A stretch of DNA of 64,000 nucleotides, taken from NCBI GenBank assembly GCA_034439575.1, contig JAWXAQ010000036.1:64001-128000 (forward strand). The letters are read 5' to 3'. The position numbers were made by a program, and so were the translations under genes. How positions within the stretch are numbered: the stretch's first letter is position 1; each line of letters begins with the position of its first letter. The notes beneath the pieces were generated by a model. It searched no databases. It was not told where the DNA came from and saw only the letters and a program-made list of their open reading frames with translations. Shown here piece by piece: positions 50,092 to 59,622 of this stretch. This DNA comes from Leptospira sp. (lineage in GTDB: Bacteria; Spirochaetota; Leptospiria; Leptospirales; Leptospiraceae).

Positions 50092-50470
50092 AATCCGTAA
50101 CTTTACCATATTTGCAATTGTTTTATCATTTTTATCTGGATGTGGGAACTCACAACCCGTACACATTGAACCAGGTAAAGTGAGTTGTGCACATTGTTCT
50201 ATGTCCATAGTTGATATGAGATTTCACACACAAACGCTTACATCAAAAGGCAGAAGGTATCATTTTGATTCCATTGAGTGTTACTATCACTTTCATGAGA
50301 AAATTGGTGGCCAGAGTAAAAAAGTATGGATGTCAAATTTTCAAAATCCTAATGAATACTTGGATGAAGACCATGCATTTATTATAAAATCAAATCAAAT
50401 TCGTTCTCCGATGGGAGAAGGTTATGCTGCCTTCAAATCAAAATATGATTACGATTCTATTTTCCAATAA
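50081..50470 (+). CDS. nosL: Copper chaperone lipoprotein NosL
   Basis: LSGC lipobox, CAHCSMSI, FDSIEC, SPMG. ATG at 50081. Confidence 0.9.
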   Translation: MHFRIRNFTIFAIVLSFLSGCGNSQPVHIEPGKVSCAHCSMSIVDMRFHTQTLTSKGRRYHFDSIECYYHFHEKIGGQSKKVWMSNFQNPNEYLDEDHAFIIKSNQIRSPMGEGYAAFKSKYDYDSIFQ

Positions 50471-51719
50471 TCGGAAACTCATCTATTTGGTTAAATCAAT
50501 TTTATATTGTGCTATATTTCTAAATACTGTTTCTCTCTATTCAAAAAGAATAGATGTTTGCCAACAATGCATTGTTAAATCTATAAAAACTGCCATTCAT
50601 TTAGCAAAGGCAGGCGATACAATTATCATTGATAATGGTACTTACAAAGAAGGACTTGTGATCATTGATAAAAGTATAAGTATAATTGGTAAAAACGATG
50701 TTATCATTGATGGGAATTCGGAAAATCACGTTTTCGATGTGCGGGCAAACGATGTTAAAATTCAAAACCTTAAGATTATAAACGGAGGAGTTTCCGATTT
50801 ATTTGAGTTTGCTGGAATCCATGCAGAAAGAGTCAAAGGTTGTCAATTTTTGAATAACCAATTTGAAAACACTGCTTATGCACTTTATTTGGCAGAAGTG
50901 AATAACTGCGTTTTGAGAGATAACAAATCAATAGGGCAAGCCAAAAATGAAGTATCAGGTGGAAATGGGATTCACCTTTGGTCATCAGAACAAATTGAAA
51001 TATATAATAATACTTTAGAACATCACAGAGATGGAATTTATCTCGAATTCTCAAAACTACTTAAGATTGAAGGCAACACCTCACGAGATAACATTCGTTA
51101 TGGAATGCATTTTATGTTTTCGTCGGAAAATCAATTTCGCAAAAATATTTTTGAAAATAATTCGGCTGGTGTTGCAGTAATGTATAGCAAAAAAATTTTA
51201 GTTGAAGGAAATATATTTAAAGACAATTGGGGACAAGCATCTAATGGTTTATTATTAAAAGATATCTCGGATAGTTTTTTCCTAAAAAATTTATTTATCA
51301 ACAATACTATAGCCATTTTCGCTGACGGTTCTAATACAAATCAATTTATAAAAAATGATTTTATCAATAATGGATGGGGAATAAAAATTTTAGGGAATAG
51401 CGATTTCAATCAAGTATTTGAAAATAATTTTCAGCATAATGTGTTTGATGTTAGTACAAATTCAAAATCAACATCTAATGTATTTTTGCGAAATTTTTGG
51501 GACAAATACAAAGGCTTTGATTTGAATCATGATATCCAAGGAGATATTCCGCACAAACCAATTCATTTTTTTAGTTATTGGGTTGCGGTTTATCCATTTC
51601 TTATGATCTTATATGACTCCCCCGTTGTCTTGTTTTTGCAAGGTATAGAAAAAGCATTTCCCATTGTTACACCAATTGATTTTGAAGATAAACATCCTAT
51701 GATGAGAGTAAATAATTGA
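50445..51719 (+). CDS. nosD: Nitrous oxide reductase maturation protein NosD
   Basis: Beta-helix repeats; GNGIHLW, HRDGIY.EFS, RYGMHFMFS, NFWDKY.GFDL..D..GD.P. Confidence 0.93.
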   Translation: MITILFSNNRKLIYLVKSILYCAIFLNTVSLYSKRIDVCQQCIVKSIKTAIHLAKAGDTIIIDNGTYKEGLVIIDKSISIIGKNDVIIDGNSENHVFDVRANDVKIQNLKIINGGVSDLFEFAGIHAERVKGCQFLNNQFENTAYALYLAEVNNCVLRDNKSIGQAKNEVSGGNGIHLWSSEQIEIYNNTLEHHRDGIYLEFSKLLKIEGNTSRDNIRYGMHFMFSSENQFRKNIFENNSAGVAVMYSKKILVEGNIFKDNWGQASNGLLLKDISDSFFLKNLFINNTIAIFADGSNTNQFIKNDFINNGWGIKILGNSDFNQVFENNFQHNVFDVSTNSKSTSNVFLRNFWDKYKGFDLNHDIQGDIPHKPIHFFSYWVAVYPFLMILYDSPVVLFLQGIEKAFPIVTPIDFEDKHPMMRVNN

Positions 51720-52417
51720 TAACTTTAAAAAATATAAATGTCAGCTATGGGAAAATGTTAGCTGTTAAGAATATGAATTTTCATTCTCCTGGCGGAAATA
51801 TACTTTCTATCATTGGGCCAAATGGATCAGGAAAAAGTACTCTATTGAAAAGTATTTTGGGACTCGTAAAACCGACATCAGGTGAAATTGAATATTTTGG
51901 TTTTGAGAATACAAAATCTAAGTTTGGTTATATGCCACAAACTCCTTCATTTCCAAAAAATCTCAAATTGAGCGAATTGATTTCATTTTTAAATTCCCTA
52001 GAGACCGTCGATCAAATCAATTTTGATTATTTGTTTAAAATTTTAGATTTACAAAAGTACATGAATCAAAAATTCGGATCTCTTTCCGGTGGAACAAAAC
52101 AAAAAGTGAGTATCCTTCAATGTTTTTCTAGCTCAAAACCCATATATATCATTGATGAACCGACAGCAAGCTTGGATCCATATATATCAAATCTATTAAA
52201 AGGTATTATGATCGAAAGAAAAAAGCAAGGAGCACTTGTTATCTTTTCAACTCATATATTGACAGAGGTTCAAGAAATAGCAGACCGATTTATATTGATT
52301 TCTGAAGGTTCGTTGTTAATTGATCAATCACCAATGAAATTTTTAGAAAAAACACAGGCTACAAATTTGCAGACTGCGTTGATGAATTTTTGGAATCAAG
52401 AGTACACAAAAAAATAA
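51716..52417 (+). CDS. nosF: ABC transporter ATPase NosF
   Basis: GPNGSGKST, LSGGTKQK, IIDEPT, STH; nos context. Confidence 0.88.
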   Translation: MITLKNINVSYGKMLAVKNMNFHSPGGNILSIIGPNGSGKSTLLKSILGLVKPTSGEIEYFGFENTKSKFGYMPQTPSFPKNLKLSELISFLNSLETVDQINFDYLFKILDLQKYMNQKFGSLSGGTKQKVSILQCFSSSKPIYIIDEPTASLDPYISNLLKGIMIERKKQGALVIFSTHILTEVQEIADRFILISEGSLLIDQSPMKFLEKTQATNLQTALMNFWNQEYTKK

Positions 52418-53193
52418 TGAAAGAAATTTTATTTTTCGAAATCAAAGAAAATATTCGAAGCCGTTGGATTTTTTTATATGCTGGTTTGCTTGCAATTGCT
52501 CTAATTCTTTTAAGTTTTTTTGGTGATCAAAATGGCATACGATTGGTTGTAAGTTTAATGAACTTAATTTTAATTGTTGTTCCATTATTTTCCATCACTT
52601 TTTCTGGACTGTCCTTTCTCGAGTCAATGCCTTTTGCTGAAGTCTTATTGACCAAATCAGTTACACGAAGTGAACTATTTTTTGGGAAATATTTGGGCAT
52701 ATTAGTTTCTCTAATAATCGGATTGTTGGCAGGAGTAGGTATTCCTGGATTATTTATTTTATATAGTCATTTATTTGTATATATACAAATCATAATATTC
52801 GGAATATTGTTATCATCAATTTTTGTTTCCATATCATTTCTCATCGCTAGTTTATTCCGTCGGGGCGAGATTGTTCTCACGGCTTCATTACTTGTTTGGT
52901 TCTATTTTTTTATTTTCTTTGATGCACTCATTTTTATTTTCAGTATGTATCTCGGGGATTACCCGATTGAAATTCCTTCACTTATTATCGTTATGTTAAA
53001 TCCCATTGATTTAATTCGTATTCTGATAATTCTTCAGACGAGTTCATCAGCATTGCTGGGATTTTCTGGCGCTATACTCATGGAGACTTTTGGAATCGGA
53101 GGTGTAGTTTCCATTTCCATATCATTTATTCTAGCCTGGATTCTAATTCCAATCTATGTCGCTTATCGAAGATTTTTAAATCTGAATTTTTAA
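52417..53193 (+). CDS. nosY: ABC transporter permease NosY
   Basis: RSRW, FFGKYLG, LNPIDLIR; TAATG overlap with nosF. Confidence 0.88.
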   Translation: MKEILFFEIKENIRSRWIFLYAGLLAIALILLSFFGDQNGIRLVVSLMNLILIVVPLFSITFSGLSFLESMPFAEVLLTKSVTRSELFFGKYLGILVSLIIGLLAGVGIPGLFILYSHLFVYIQIIIFGILLSSIFVSISFLIASLFRRGEIVLTASLLVWFYFFIFFDALIFIFSMYLGDYPIEIPSLIIVMLNPIDLIRILIILQTSSSALLGFSGAILMETFGIGGVVSISISFILAWILIPIYVAYRRFLNLNF

Positions 53194-53672
53194 ATCGGAC
53201 AGAGTGTACGAATTATAATCTTAATTATCCGAGAAAGTATGACATAAGTTCCTGAGCTACTGTTATCTGTTTTGTGGCATTTTTCCAACTTAGTAGAATC
53301 AAAATCATTTCGATCTAGCTAAATATTCCAAAATCATTTATACCAAGGTAGCAATGGAGAATTTACCAAGTGGTAGAAAGGCAAGTTTGAAGGCTTTCAT
53401 GACAATCATGAAAGTACCAGATAACATATATGAAGTGGACGAAATCATATAATACTTTAGTTCTTGATTCAGCTGTCTTTTTTTTGCCAAAGCAAACTAA
53501 CTTATACTAGAGAATTAATCTAATAAAAATAAAGGTTGGTTGTAAAGCGCTAGGTGATCCAAGCGATTTAGATAAATAAATACCAAAATAGAAATACCGA
53601 TTTTACCAAAAGTAATTTTTTCAGAAGATTCAATATTGTATTTCCCACAAATTACAGGGATATCGTAAAGTA

Positions 53673-53701
53673 TTGTCACAATGCTTTAACCTGATTGTAA
53701 C
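53673..53701 (+). promoter_or_regulatory. Pho-box-like direct repeats
   Basis: TTGTCAC-N4-CTTTAAC-N4-TTGTAAC at an 11 bp period, upstream of a phosphate transporter. Confidence 0.6.
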
Positions 53702-53773
53702 TAAATAATTAAAATTAAAATTGTTACCTTCCATCGACTGTGTTCAGTAGTTTTAGAGCACACAAATCACAAT

Positions 53774-55993
53774 ATGGAATTCAGCATTTTTTATTTTGTC
53801 TTAGTTTTAATGGTATTTTTAGCAATTTTTGATCTCATTGTTGGTGTTGCCAATGATGCAGTAAATTTTACGAATTCCGCAATTGGATCTCGAGTCTCTT
53901 CCAAAAGAAGTATTCTAATCATTGCTTCATTAGGTGTTTTGTTAGGTGCCATGAGTTCCACTGGCATGATGGAAGTGGCAAGAAAGGGAATTTTTAAACC
54001 CGAGTTATTTACTCTCGAAGCACTTGTTTATATTTTTTTATCAGTTATGATCACCGATGTTTTGTTATTGGATTTTTATAATACATTTGGATTGCCCACA
54101 TCCACCACTGTTTCATTGGTGTTTGAACTTTTTGGGGCTTCTTTGATGATGGCTTACTTAACAAAACCAGTCGGTGTCGACGCTTTTAGTTATATAAATT
54201 CAGAAAGTGCCATTAAAATAATTTCTGGAATTTTTATGAGTGTGATGATCGCCTTTTTCGTTGGCATTGTGATACAAACTTTTTTGCGTATTATATTTTC
54301 ATTTCAAATTGAAAAAACAATAAAGACCTTTGGTAGCCCATTTGCCGCTTTCAGTTCATCTATACTTATATTTTTTATTATCATATCTGCCTTAAAGGGT
54401 TCACACCTAATTGATAAAGATTTTTTAACTTTTATAGAAACAAATTTATTCCTACTATTCTCTTTGGTGTTTTTAACTCTTTTGATATTTTTCCAATTAT
54501 TGATTTGGTATCAAATCAACGTATTCAAAATCATTATTCTTTTTGGAACTTTTGCACTTGCTATGGCGTTTGCTAGTAACGACTTAGTCAATTTTGTCGG
54601 TGTGCCATTAGCAAGCATTAACGTTGTCCAATTAATTTTAGAATCTGGAAGTGCATTGGGCTTAGGTATCGCCTTAAGTGGGAAAGTACAAACACCACAA
54701 GTTTTTCTTTTGATTTCAGCTCTCATCATGATTGCTACATTAGTACTTTCGAAAAAAGCGGCATCCGTAACAAAAACAGAAATTTCTTTAGCGAGTGAAA
54801 AAACAGAAATCGAATTATTTACTTCGAATCAAGTTTCAAGACGAATTGTTAAAGTGTTTTTAGAGGTATGGAATTTTTTTAAAACGTTTACCCCCAGTTT
54901 CCTTACATCTTTTCTAAAATCTAGGTATGAAAAAATAGGTCACAAAAACAACAAAACCGAATCTTTTGATTTACTTCGAGCCAGCGTAAATGTTACCGCA
55001 TCAAGTTTGTTAATATTAACAGGTACACTTTATAAATTGCCTTTATCGACAACATTCGTAACCTTTATGGTAGCCATGGGTACTTCTTTAGCAGATAGAG
55101 CTTGGGTTCGATATAATGCAGTGAATCGTGTTAGTGGTGTGCTTACTGTGATTGGTGGCTGGTTTCTGACTGCGATGATCACAACGATTTTAAGTGGTTT
55201 GATCGCTTTATCTTTTTACTCATTTGGATTTTATGCATTTATTTATATTTTGCCCATCTCATTCTTTTTGTTTGTTTCTTTTAATAAAATTCATAAATTA
55301 AGAATCAATTTAAGTAATGAATTCAGTTTACCATTAGAGGACATCAACTCAAATCCTAAATTAGCAATTCATTATATATTTGAACATCTAATGGAAAACA
55401 TTCAAGATACTGATAAAATTCTCTCTTCAATTGTAAAATCTTTATCGACTGGAAAAAAATCACACCAAAAAGGTTCCGGAAAAAAACTGGAAAGGCTTAG
55501 TTATTTATATGGTGCTTATATGGTCGGAATCGCTGAAGTAGACAATAGTGATTTTAACCAAACAGAGATTATTCATACATACAATTTAGAAAGTTCAATT
55601 CATAATTTCAGAAAACTAATAAACAATACTTTATCAATTCGTAAAAATGTTTTATACAAAATCGATTTTCAATTTTCAGCTTTAAATGCAGAAGAGAAAG
55701 AAGACCTAAAAGAAATTAAAAACTTTATACAATCTATTTTTGATGAAATTCAAACTTTGGTTAAAAAAAGAAAACGCAATGAATCAAAGATCAAAGGCTT
55801 TAGAAAAGAGTTTTCAGTTCTCAAATTCAAAATTCATAGAAAACAAATCAAAAGATTAAAATCAAAAACTGCGCAAATGGCAGGCCTCGTTCCCTTTCTA
55901 ACTATTGTGGAAGAACTTTTTGACTTTAGTCATCATTTGATCGAGTTGTATAATAACGTCGAACGCGTGTTACCTATTATGGATGAAGGTTAA
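53774..55993 (+). CDS. PiT family inorganic phosphate transporter with long helical C-terminus
   Basis: GVANDAVNF, GLPTSTT, FASNDLVNF, LPLSTT repeats. Confidence 0.9.
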   Translation: MEFSIFYFVLVLMVFLAIFDLIVGVANDAVNFTNSAIGSRVSSKRSILIIASLGVLLGAMSSTGMMEVARKGIFKPELFTLEALVYIFLSVMITDVLLLDFYNTFGLPTSTTVSLVFELFGASLMMAYLTKPVGVDAFSYINSESAIKIISGIFMSVMIAFFVGIVIQTFLRIIFSFQIEKTIKTFGSPFAAFSSSILIFFIIISALKGSHLIDKDFLTFIETNLFLLFSLVFLTLLIFFQLLIWYQINVFKIIILFGTFALAMAFASNDLVNFVGVPLASINVVQLILESGSALGLGIALSGKVQTPQVFLLISALIMIATLVLSKKAASVTKTEISLASEKTEIELFTSNQVSRRIVKVFLEVWNFFKTFTPSFLTSFLKSRYEKIGHKNNKTESFDLLRASVNVTASSLLILTGTLYKLPLSTTFVTFMVAMGTSLADRAWVRYNAVNRVSGVLTVIGGWFLTAMITTILSGLIALSFYSFGFYAFIYILPISFFLFVSFNKIHKLRINLSNEFSLPLEDINSNPKLAIHYIFEHLMENIQDTDKILSSIVKSLSTGKKSHQKGSGKKLERLSYLYGAYMVGIAEVDNSDFNQTEIIHTYNLESSIHNFRKLINNTLSIRKNVLYKIDFQFSALNAEEKEDLKEIKNFIQSIFDEIQTLVKKRKRNESKIKGFRKEFSVLKFKIHRKQIKRLKSKTAQMAGLVPFLTIVEELFDFSHHLIELYNNVERVLPIMDEG

Positions 55994-56019
55994 AGGGGAA
56001 ACTTCGGTTTATCCTTTAA
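55990..56019 (+). terminator. Stem-loop after the PiT gene
   Basis: TTAAAGGGGAAAC-TTCG-GTTTATCCTTTAA with a C(UUCG)G loop; no clear U-tract. Confidence 0.45.
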
Positions 56020-56304
56020 ATTAGTATATTTAATTCGGGATAAATTATTAAGTTAATATATGTTAGGATATAATGAAGAAGGATTCACTCTCTACAAAAA
56101 TTTCGGATTTTAAGCATTAGATAATTTTACTTTAGATTGAAATTCAAAGAAATTTGAATCTAAGTTTCGATAAAATAAAGTTTTAGAAAATGATAGGCAG
56201 TAATTAGCATTTGTTTGACAATAGTGCGTTGAACCTAATTTTGCTTGAGTCAAGTGCATGTCGGTAAAATTGGAATACAAAATGGGCACGAGCCTTAGAG
56301 AAAA

Positions 56305-57171
56305 ATGAAATACATAAAACAGCTTATCGCTTATTTAATTTTAGTCCTTATTTTTCAAAATTGTAATAAGATAAATGAGATTGGTTATAGTCCAGCGTTA
56401 ACTCCAGATTTGTTCCTTTCATCTCACCATTGGATGGATATTAAGATTGGGAATGATACGATAGTGCTTAGCCAGCCCACTTCTACCTTCTTTGTATATC
56501 TCTTGAGTTTTTTTTATTTATTTGTGGGCTATCAATTCTTCAGTGACCAGCGAAATCAAAAATCTCGTTATTATTGGGCATGGGGATTTTTTTTGACAGG
56601 TATCGCTGCAATTTTTGCAGGTACGAGCTATCAGGCATTTGGATACGAACTCAAATGTCGTGGGCGTGAATTTTGTCGATGGACAACATGGTGGGAAATT
56701 AATTATGAAATTCTACAAAATGCAGGTATGAATGGGTTTTTAATCGCCTTCGCCTATTCCAATGTTAATGGAAACTTAAGAAAGATACTGATTGGATACT
56801 CCATTGTCAATTTTCTAGTATATACCATACTCGTGTTATATGGGGCATTTGTACCATATCAGTTTTTTATATCTTTTGAATTTCTCGAGTTATCTTGTTT
56901 GCCTGCCGTTTTGTATTTTTTAGTGAGTTCAATTGTTTTGTATTTTAAACAAAAGGATCAAACTAATAAATACCAACTCATTACTTGGATACTTTTAATC
57001 TTGGTAATGATTGCTTATGTTCTTTATATGGATCTAGGTATAACGGCGATTCTATGGGGTAGGGGCATTTGGTTTTCTGAGAATGATGTTTTACACGTTG
57101 CGCTGATTCTGTGGGTTTATTATATCCAATCAACGCTTTTGAAAGTTGTCAATGATGCAGAATCAGTATGA
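56305..57171 (+). CDS. Multi-pass membrane hypothetical protein
   Basis: Possible lipobox FQNC, about 7 TM segments, ENDVLH motif. Confidence 0.7.
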   Translation: MKYIKQLIAYLILVLIFQNCNKINEIGYSPALTPDLFLSSHHWMDIKIGNDTIVLSQPTSTFFVYLLSFFYLFVGYQFFSDQRNQKSRYYWAWGFFLTGIAAIFAGTSYQAFGYELKCRGREFCRWTTWWEINYEILQNAGMNGFLIAFAYSNVNGNLRKILIGYSIVNFLVYTILVLYGAFVPYQFFISFEFLELSCLPAVLYFLVSSIVLYFKQKDQTNKYQLITWILLILVMIAYVLYMDLGITAILWGRGIWFSENDVLHVALILWVYYIQSTLLKVVNDAESV

Positions 57172-57285
57172 TGTCAATTCGTATTTCTAGGACAATTTAC
57201 AAAGACTAACGAGGATTCGTTTAGAGAAAAGGAGAAAATCTATGAAAGGTGCAGTATTATTTTCTATATTAGATTCCTGTATAAA

Positions 57286-57483
57286 CTAAATCTGCTCTTT
57301 TACAAATCTTGGTGCTACGTTTGCTTTTTTATCTGAACCAAACAGCCTGATCAATTGTTTACGTGAAGATTCTTTGATTAATGTTTCAAGTGCGAGGTGA
57401 ACCAATTTTGTTTTCTCTTGAATTCCAGTATACTTTGCCGCTTGTTCCATCAATTCATCAGAAAGATTGATTGTTGTTTTCAT
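57286..57483 (-). CDS. vapB: VapB-family antitoxin (no adjacent toxin)
   Basis: MKTTINLSDELMEQA..YTGI.EKTKLVH.ALE.LI ribbon-helix-helix pattern. Confidence 0.8.
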   Translation of the reverse strand: MKTTINLSDELMEQAAKYTGIQEKTKLVHLALETLIKESSRKQLIRLFGSDKKANVAPRFVKEQI

Positions 57484-57490
57484 CGATTTT

Positions 57491-57519
57491 AGTATGGATC
57501 ATTTATACAAACATGTCAA
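57491..57519 (-). promoter_or_regulatory. Sigma70 promoter of vapB, probably leaderless
   Basis: TTGACA-N17-CATACT, then 7 nt to the ATG. Confidence 0.6.
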
Positions 57520-57567
57520 TCGATTTTAGAATCCGTGTAATACGATTCGTCAGAACAACCAAACACT

Positions 57568-57621
57568 GCGCCCCGGATCGACTGAGCGCCCTCGTCGAAG
57601 GAGAGCCGGAAATGTGCGCCC
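57568..57621 (-). repeat. GC-rich REP-like intergenic element
   Basis: Minus strand GGGCGC...GGCTCTCC...ATCCGGGGCGC, similar to 44954-45057. Confidence 0.4.
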
Positions 57622-57653
57622 AAAAAAAAAGAGAACAGCCGTTCTCCTTTTTT
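57622..57653 (-). terminator. Intrinsic (possibly bidirectional) terminator
   Basis: Minus strand GAGAAC-GGCT-GTTCTC followed by T9, 30 bp after the scramblase-like gene stop. Confidence 0.75.
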
Positions 57654-57682
57654 AACAATGCTTAATTACCGTCTAATAGGTA

Positions 57683-58261
57683 TTAGTTTTGTTTGCCTTC
57701 GATGATCTGAAGTAAAGTAACAGTGGCTATGCCCAATCTTCGATCCAAAACTTTTCCAGAATCCATAGAGAAATCAACCCGGAACTGCGGTAAAAAAGGG
57801 TTAAATGACTGTTTTAGAATCCCTATAGTGGTTCCTCCTGCTGTGATGAAAAATGTTTGTGGGATGAGATTTGTGAGAAATCTCCGTAACAAAGCTTTAA
57901 AGATACTATCTTCAGCCACAAGAGCGATGACATTTCCAGATGCATCCAATACATCCCACTCATCTTTAAGAATTGATTTAAATCCCTTTCGGCGGAGAGA
58001 CCCAACCTTTTCATTTGTTGCAGAATCAAAGACGTCGTAGGTTCCTGAAAAATCTACGATCGACTCGGTACGTATCTTCAATAATTCTTTTGTTTTTGAC
58101 TCATCAGAAAAGATAGATATGTCTTCTTTTAGCTTGAAGGCTTTTTGTTTCACGAAAAAAAGGATAGCATTTTGATTTTCATCAAATATCCGCAGTTCGC
58201 CGCCAAACACAGCAAGAAAAGACTTTTTAGAATAATATTTAGTTAATAGAAATGGATTCAT
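57683..58261 (-). CDS. LURP-one/phospholipid scramblase-like protein
   Basis: FVKQKAFKLKEDI, YDVFD..VGSLRRKG..S...DEW, LDRRLGIA pattern. Start uncertain (58261-58297). Confidence 0.7.
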   Translation of the reverse strand: MNPFLLTKYYSKKSFLAVFGGELRIFDENQNAILFFVKQKAFKLKEDISIFSDESKTKELLKIRTESIVDFSGTYDVFDSATNEKVGSLRRKGFKSILKDEWDVLDASGNVIALVAEDSIFKALLRRFLTNLIPQTFFITAGGTTIGILKQSFNPFLPQFRVDFSMDSGKVLDRRLGIATVTLLQIIEGKQN

Positions 58262-58353
58262 ACATATAAAATTTGGATCCATTTCTTTTTTCTTCAATCA
58301 TTTTATTTATTTATTTGTTTGGAATGACCTAACAAAAAAGCAATTCATCATAT

Positions 58354-59622
58354 TTAACGATCATGGCCTATCACAAGAAAATTAAATACCCACATGAATG
58401 CGACAAAAAGAAGGATATAAATAAACGTAAATAAATTAAACAATTCCTTCTGACTAAAACTAGTGATTATGGAAATTATGCCTACACCAAACATGGAACA
58501 GGTGTATAGCGGTAATAATTTTGGATATCTAGTTTTTTGAAACATATTACCCAATGGAGGCAATATACCAAATGCTACGATTGACAATGAAATATAAGTA
58601 GAGTCTTTGAATAGCCCAGTGAGAACAATGCCGAGAATAAAAATAAGTATACTTACCGCTACTAGATTTGAGCTCAACTTTTCTTTTTGAGATAGCAAAT
58701 GAACTCCGAACGGATGGAGTCTGAGTATCAGATTTGATATCGGCTTTATGATCCAAGTTGAAAACGCCAAAACACCCAAAATACCAATGATAGGATATAA
58801 GAACCATTGAAGATTTTCATTATGTTTCGCTATAGTTCTTAGTACCTTAACCAAAAACATATAACCTAACAAAAAAGACCATTGGAATGTAGCGGTCAGA
58901 TTATTTATAAAGAAGCTATATTTCAGAAAGATACGATAAATTAGATAACTAGACTTAAGCGACTCAGTCATTCCGTCTTTTGCATATTCAAAATCTGGAT
59001 CGCGAGTTAGAGCCTCCCGGAAATGAATTTGTGCTTTTTTATAATCACCCTTTTCCAATAAACTCCAACCATAGTTGGCATGGGTGTAGGGGTCATTCGG
59101 ATCATTTCTGAGTGCACCTTCGATCGTTTGAAAAGCTTCAGGACTTCGATTTAATTTAACTAATGCTTGGCTTCGGGCATTTAAAGATATTGAATCTTCT
59201 GCATCGATGGATAAGGCACGGTTCGAAATTTCCAGAGCGTCATTGAATTGTTTTTTTTGGAGTTTGATTTCGGCTAAAAATCCTAAATGAGATGCCACAT
59301 CTGGATCTAGTTCGATCGCTTTCTTTATGTAGTTTTCTGCATCTGAGAAATTTTGTTGATTAAATGATATTTCAGATTTCATTCTAAAAGTTTGAGATTC
59401 GTTAGGTGAAATCGAAATAGCATTATCAATAGCTATATGCGCCTTCGCATAATCTTTTTTTAATTGATATAGGTGAGCAAAGTAGATAAAAATATAAGAA
59501 TCATTTGGATCTAAGGAAAGCATTTCAGATAACTCTGCTTCTGCCTTTGCATAATTTTTTTGTTTAAGATAAATTTCTACCTTTGCAAATCGATGTTCTG
59601 AATTCATAAATCTATCACTCAT
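58354..59622 (-). CDS. TPR-repeat protein with C-terminal multi-TM domain
   Basis: About 6 TPR units ending in DP/SP (LSLDPND, AISISPNE, AIELDPD, ALRNDPND, ALTRDPD), then about 6 TM segments. Confidence 0.85.
   Translation of the reverse strand: MSDRFMNSEHRFAKVEIYLKQKNYAKAEAELSEMLSLDPNDSYIFIYFAHLYQLKKDYAKAHIAIDNAISISPNESQTFRMKSEISFNQQNFSDAENYIKKAIELDPDVASHLGFLAEIKLQKKQFNDALEISNRALSIDAEDSISLNARSQALVKLNRSPEAFQTIEGALRNDPNDPYTHANYGWSLLEKGDYKKAQIHFREALTRDPDFEYAKDGMTESLKSSYLIYRIFLKYSFFINNLTATFQWSFLLGYMFLVKVLRTIAKHNENLQWFLYPIIGILGVLAFSTWIIKPISNLILRLHPFGVHLLSQKEKLSSNLVAVSILIFILGIVLTGLFKDSTYISLSIVAFGILPPLGNMFQKTRYPKLLPLYTCSMFGVGIISIITSFSQKELFNLFTFIYILLFVAFMWVFNFLVIGHDR

Noticed and set aside
57471-57665. 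64 aa ORF beside vapB as a possible toxin
   Set aside because: Opposite strand, no PIN motif, and it spans the promoter, repeat element and terminator.
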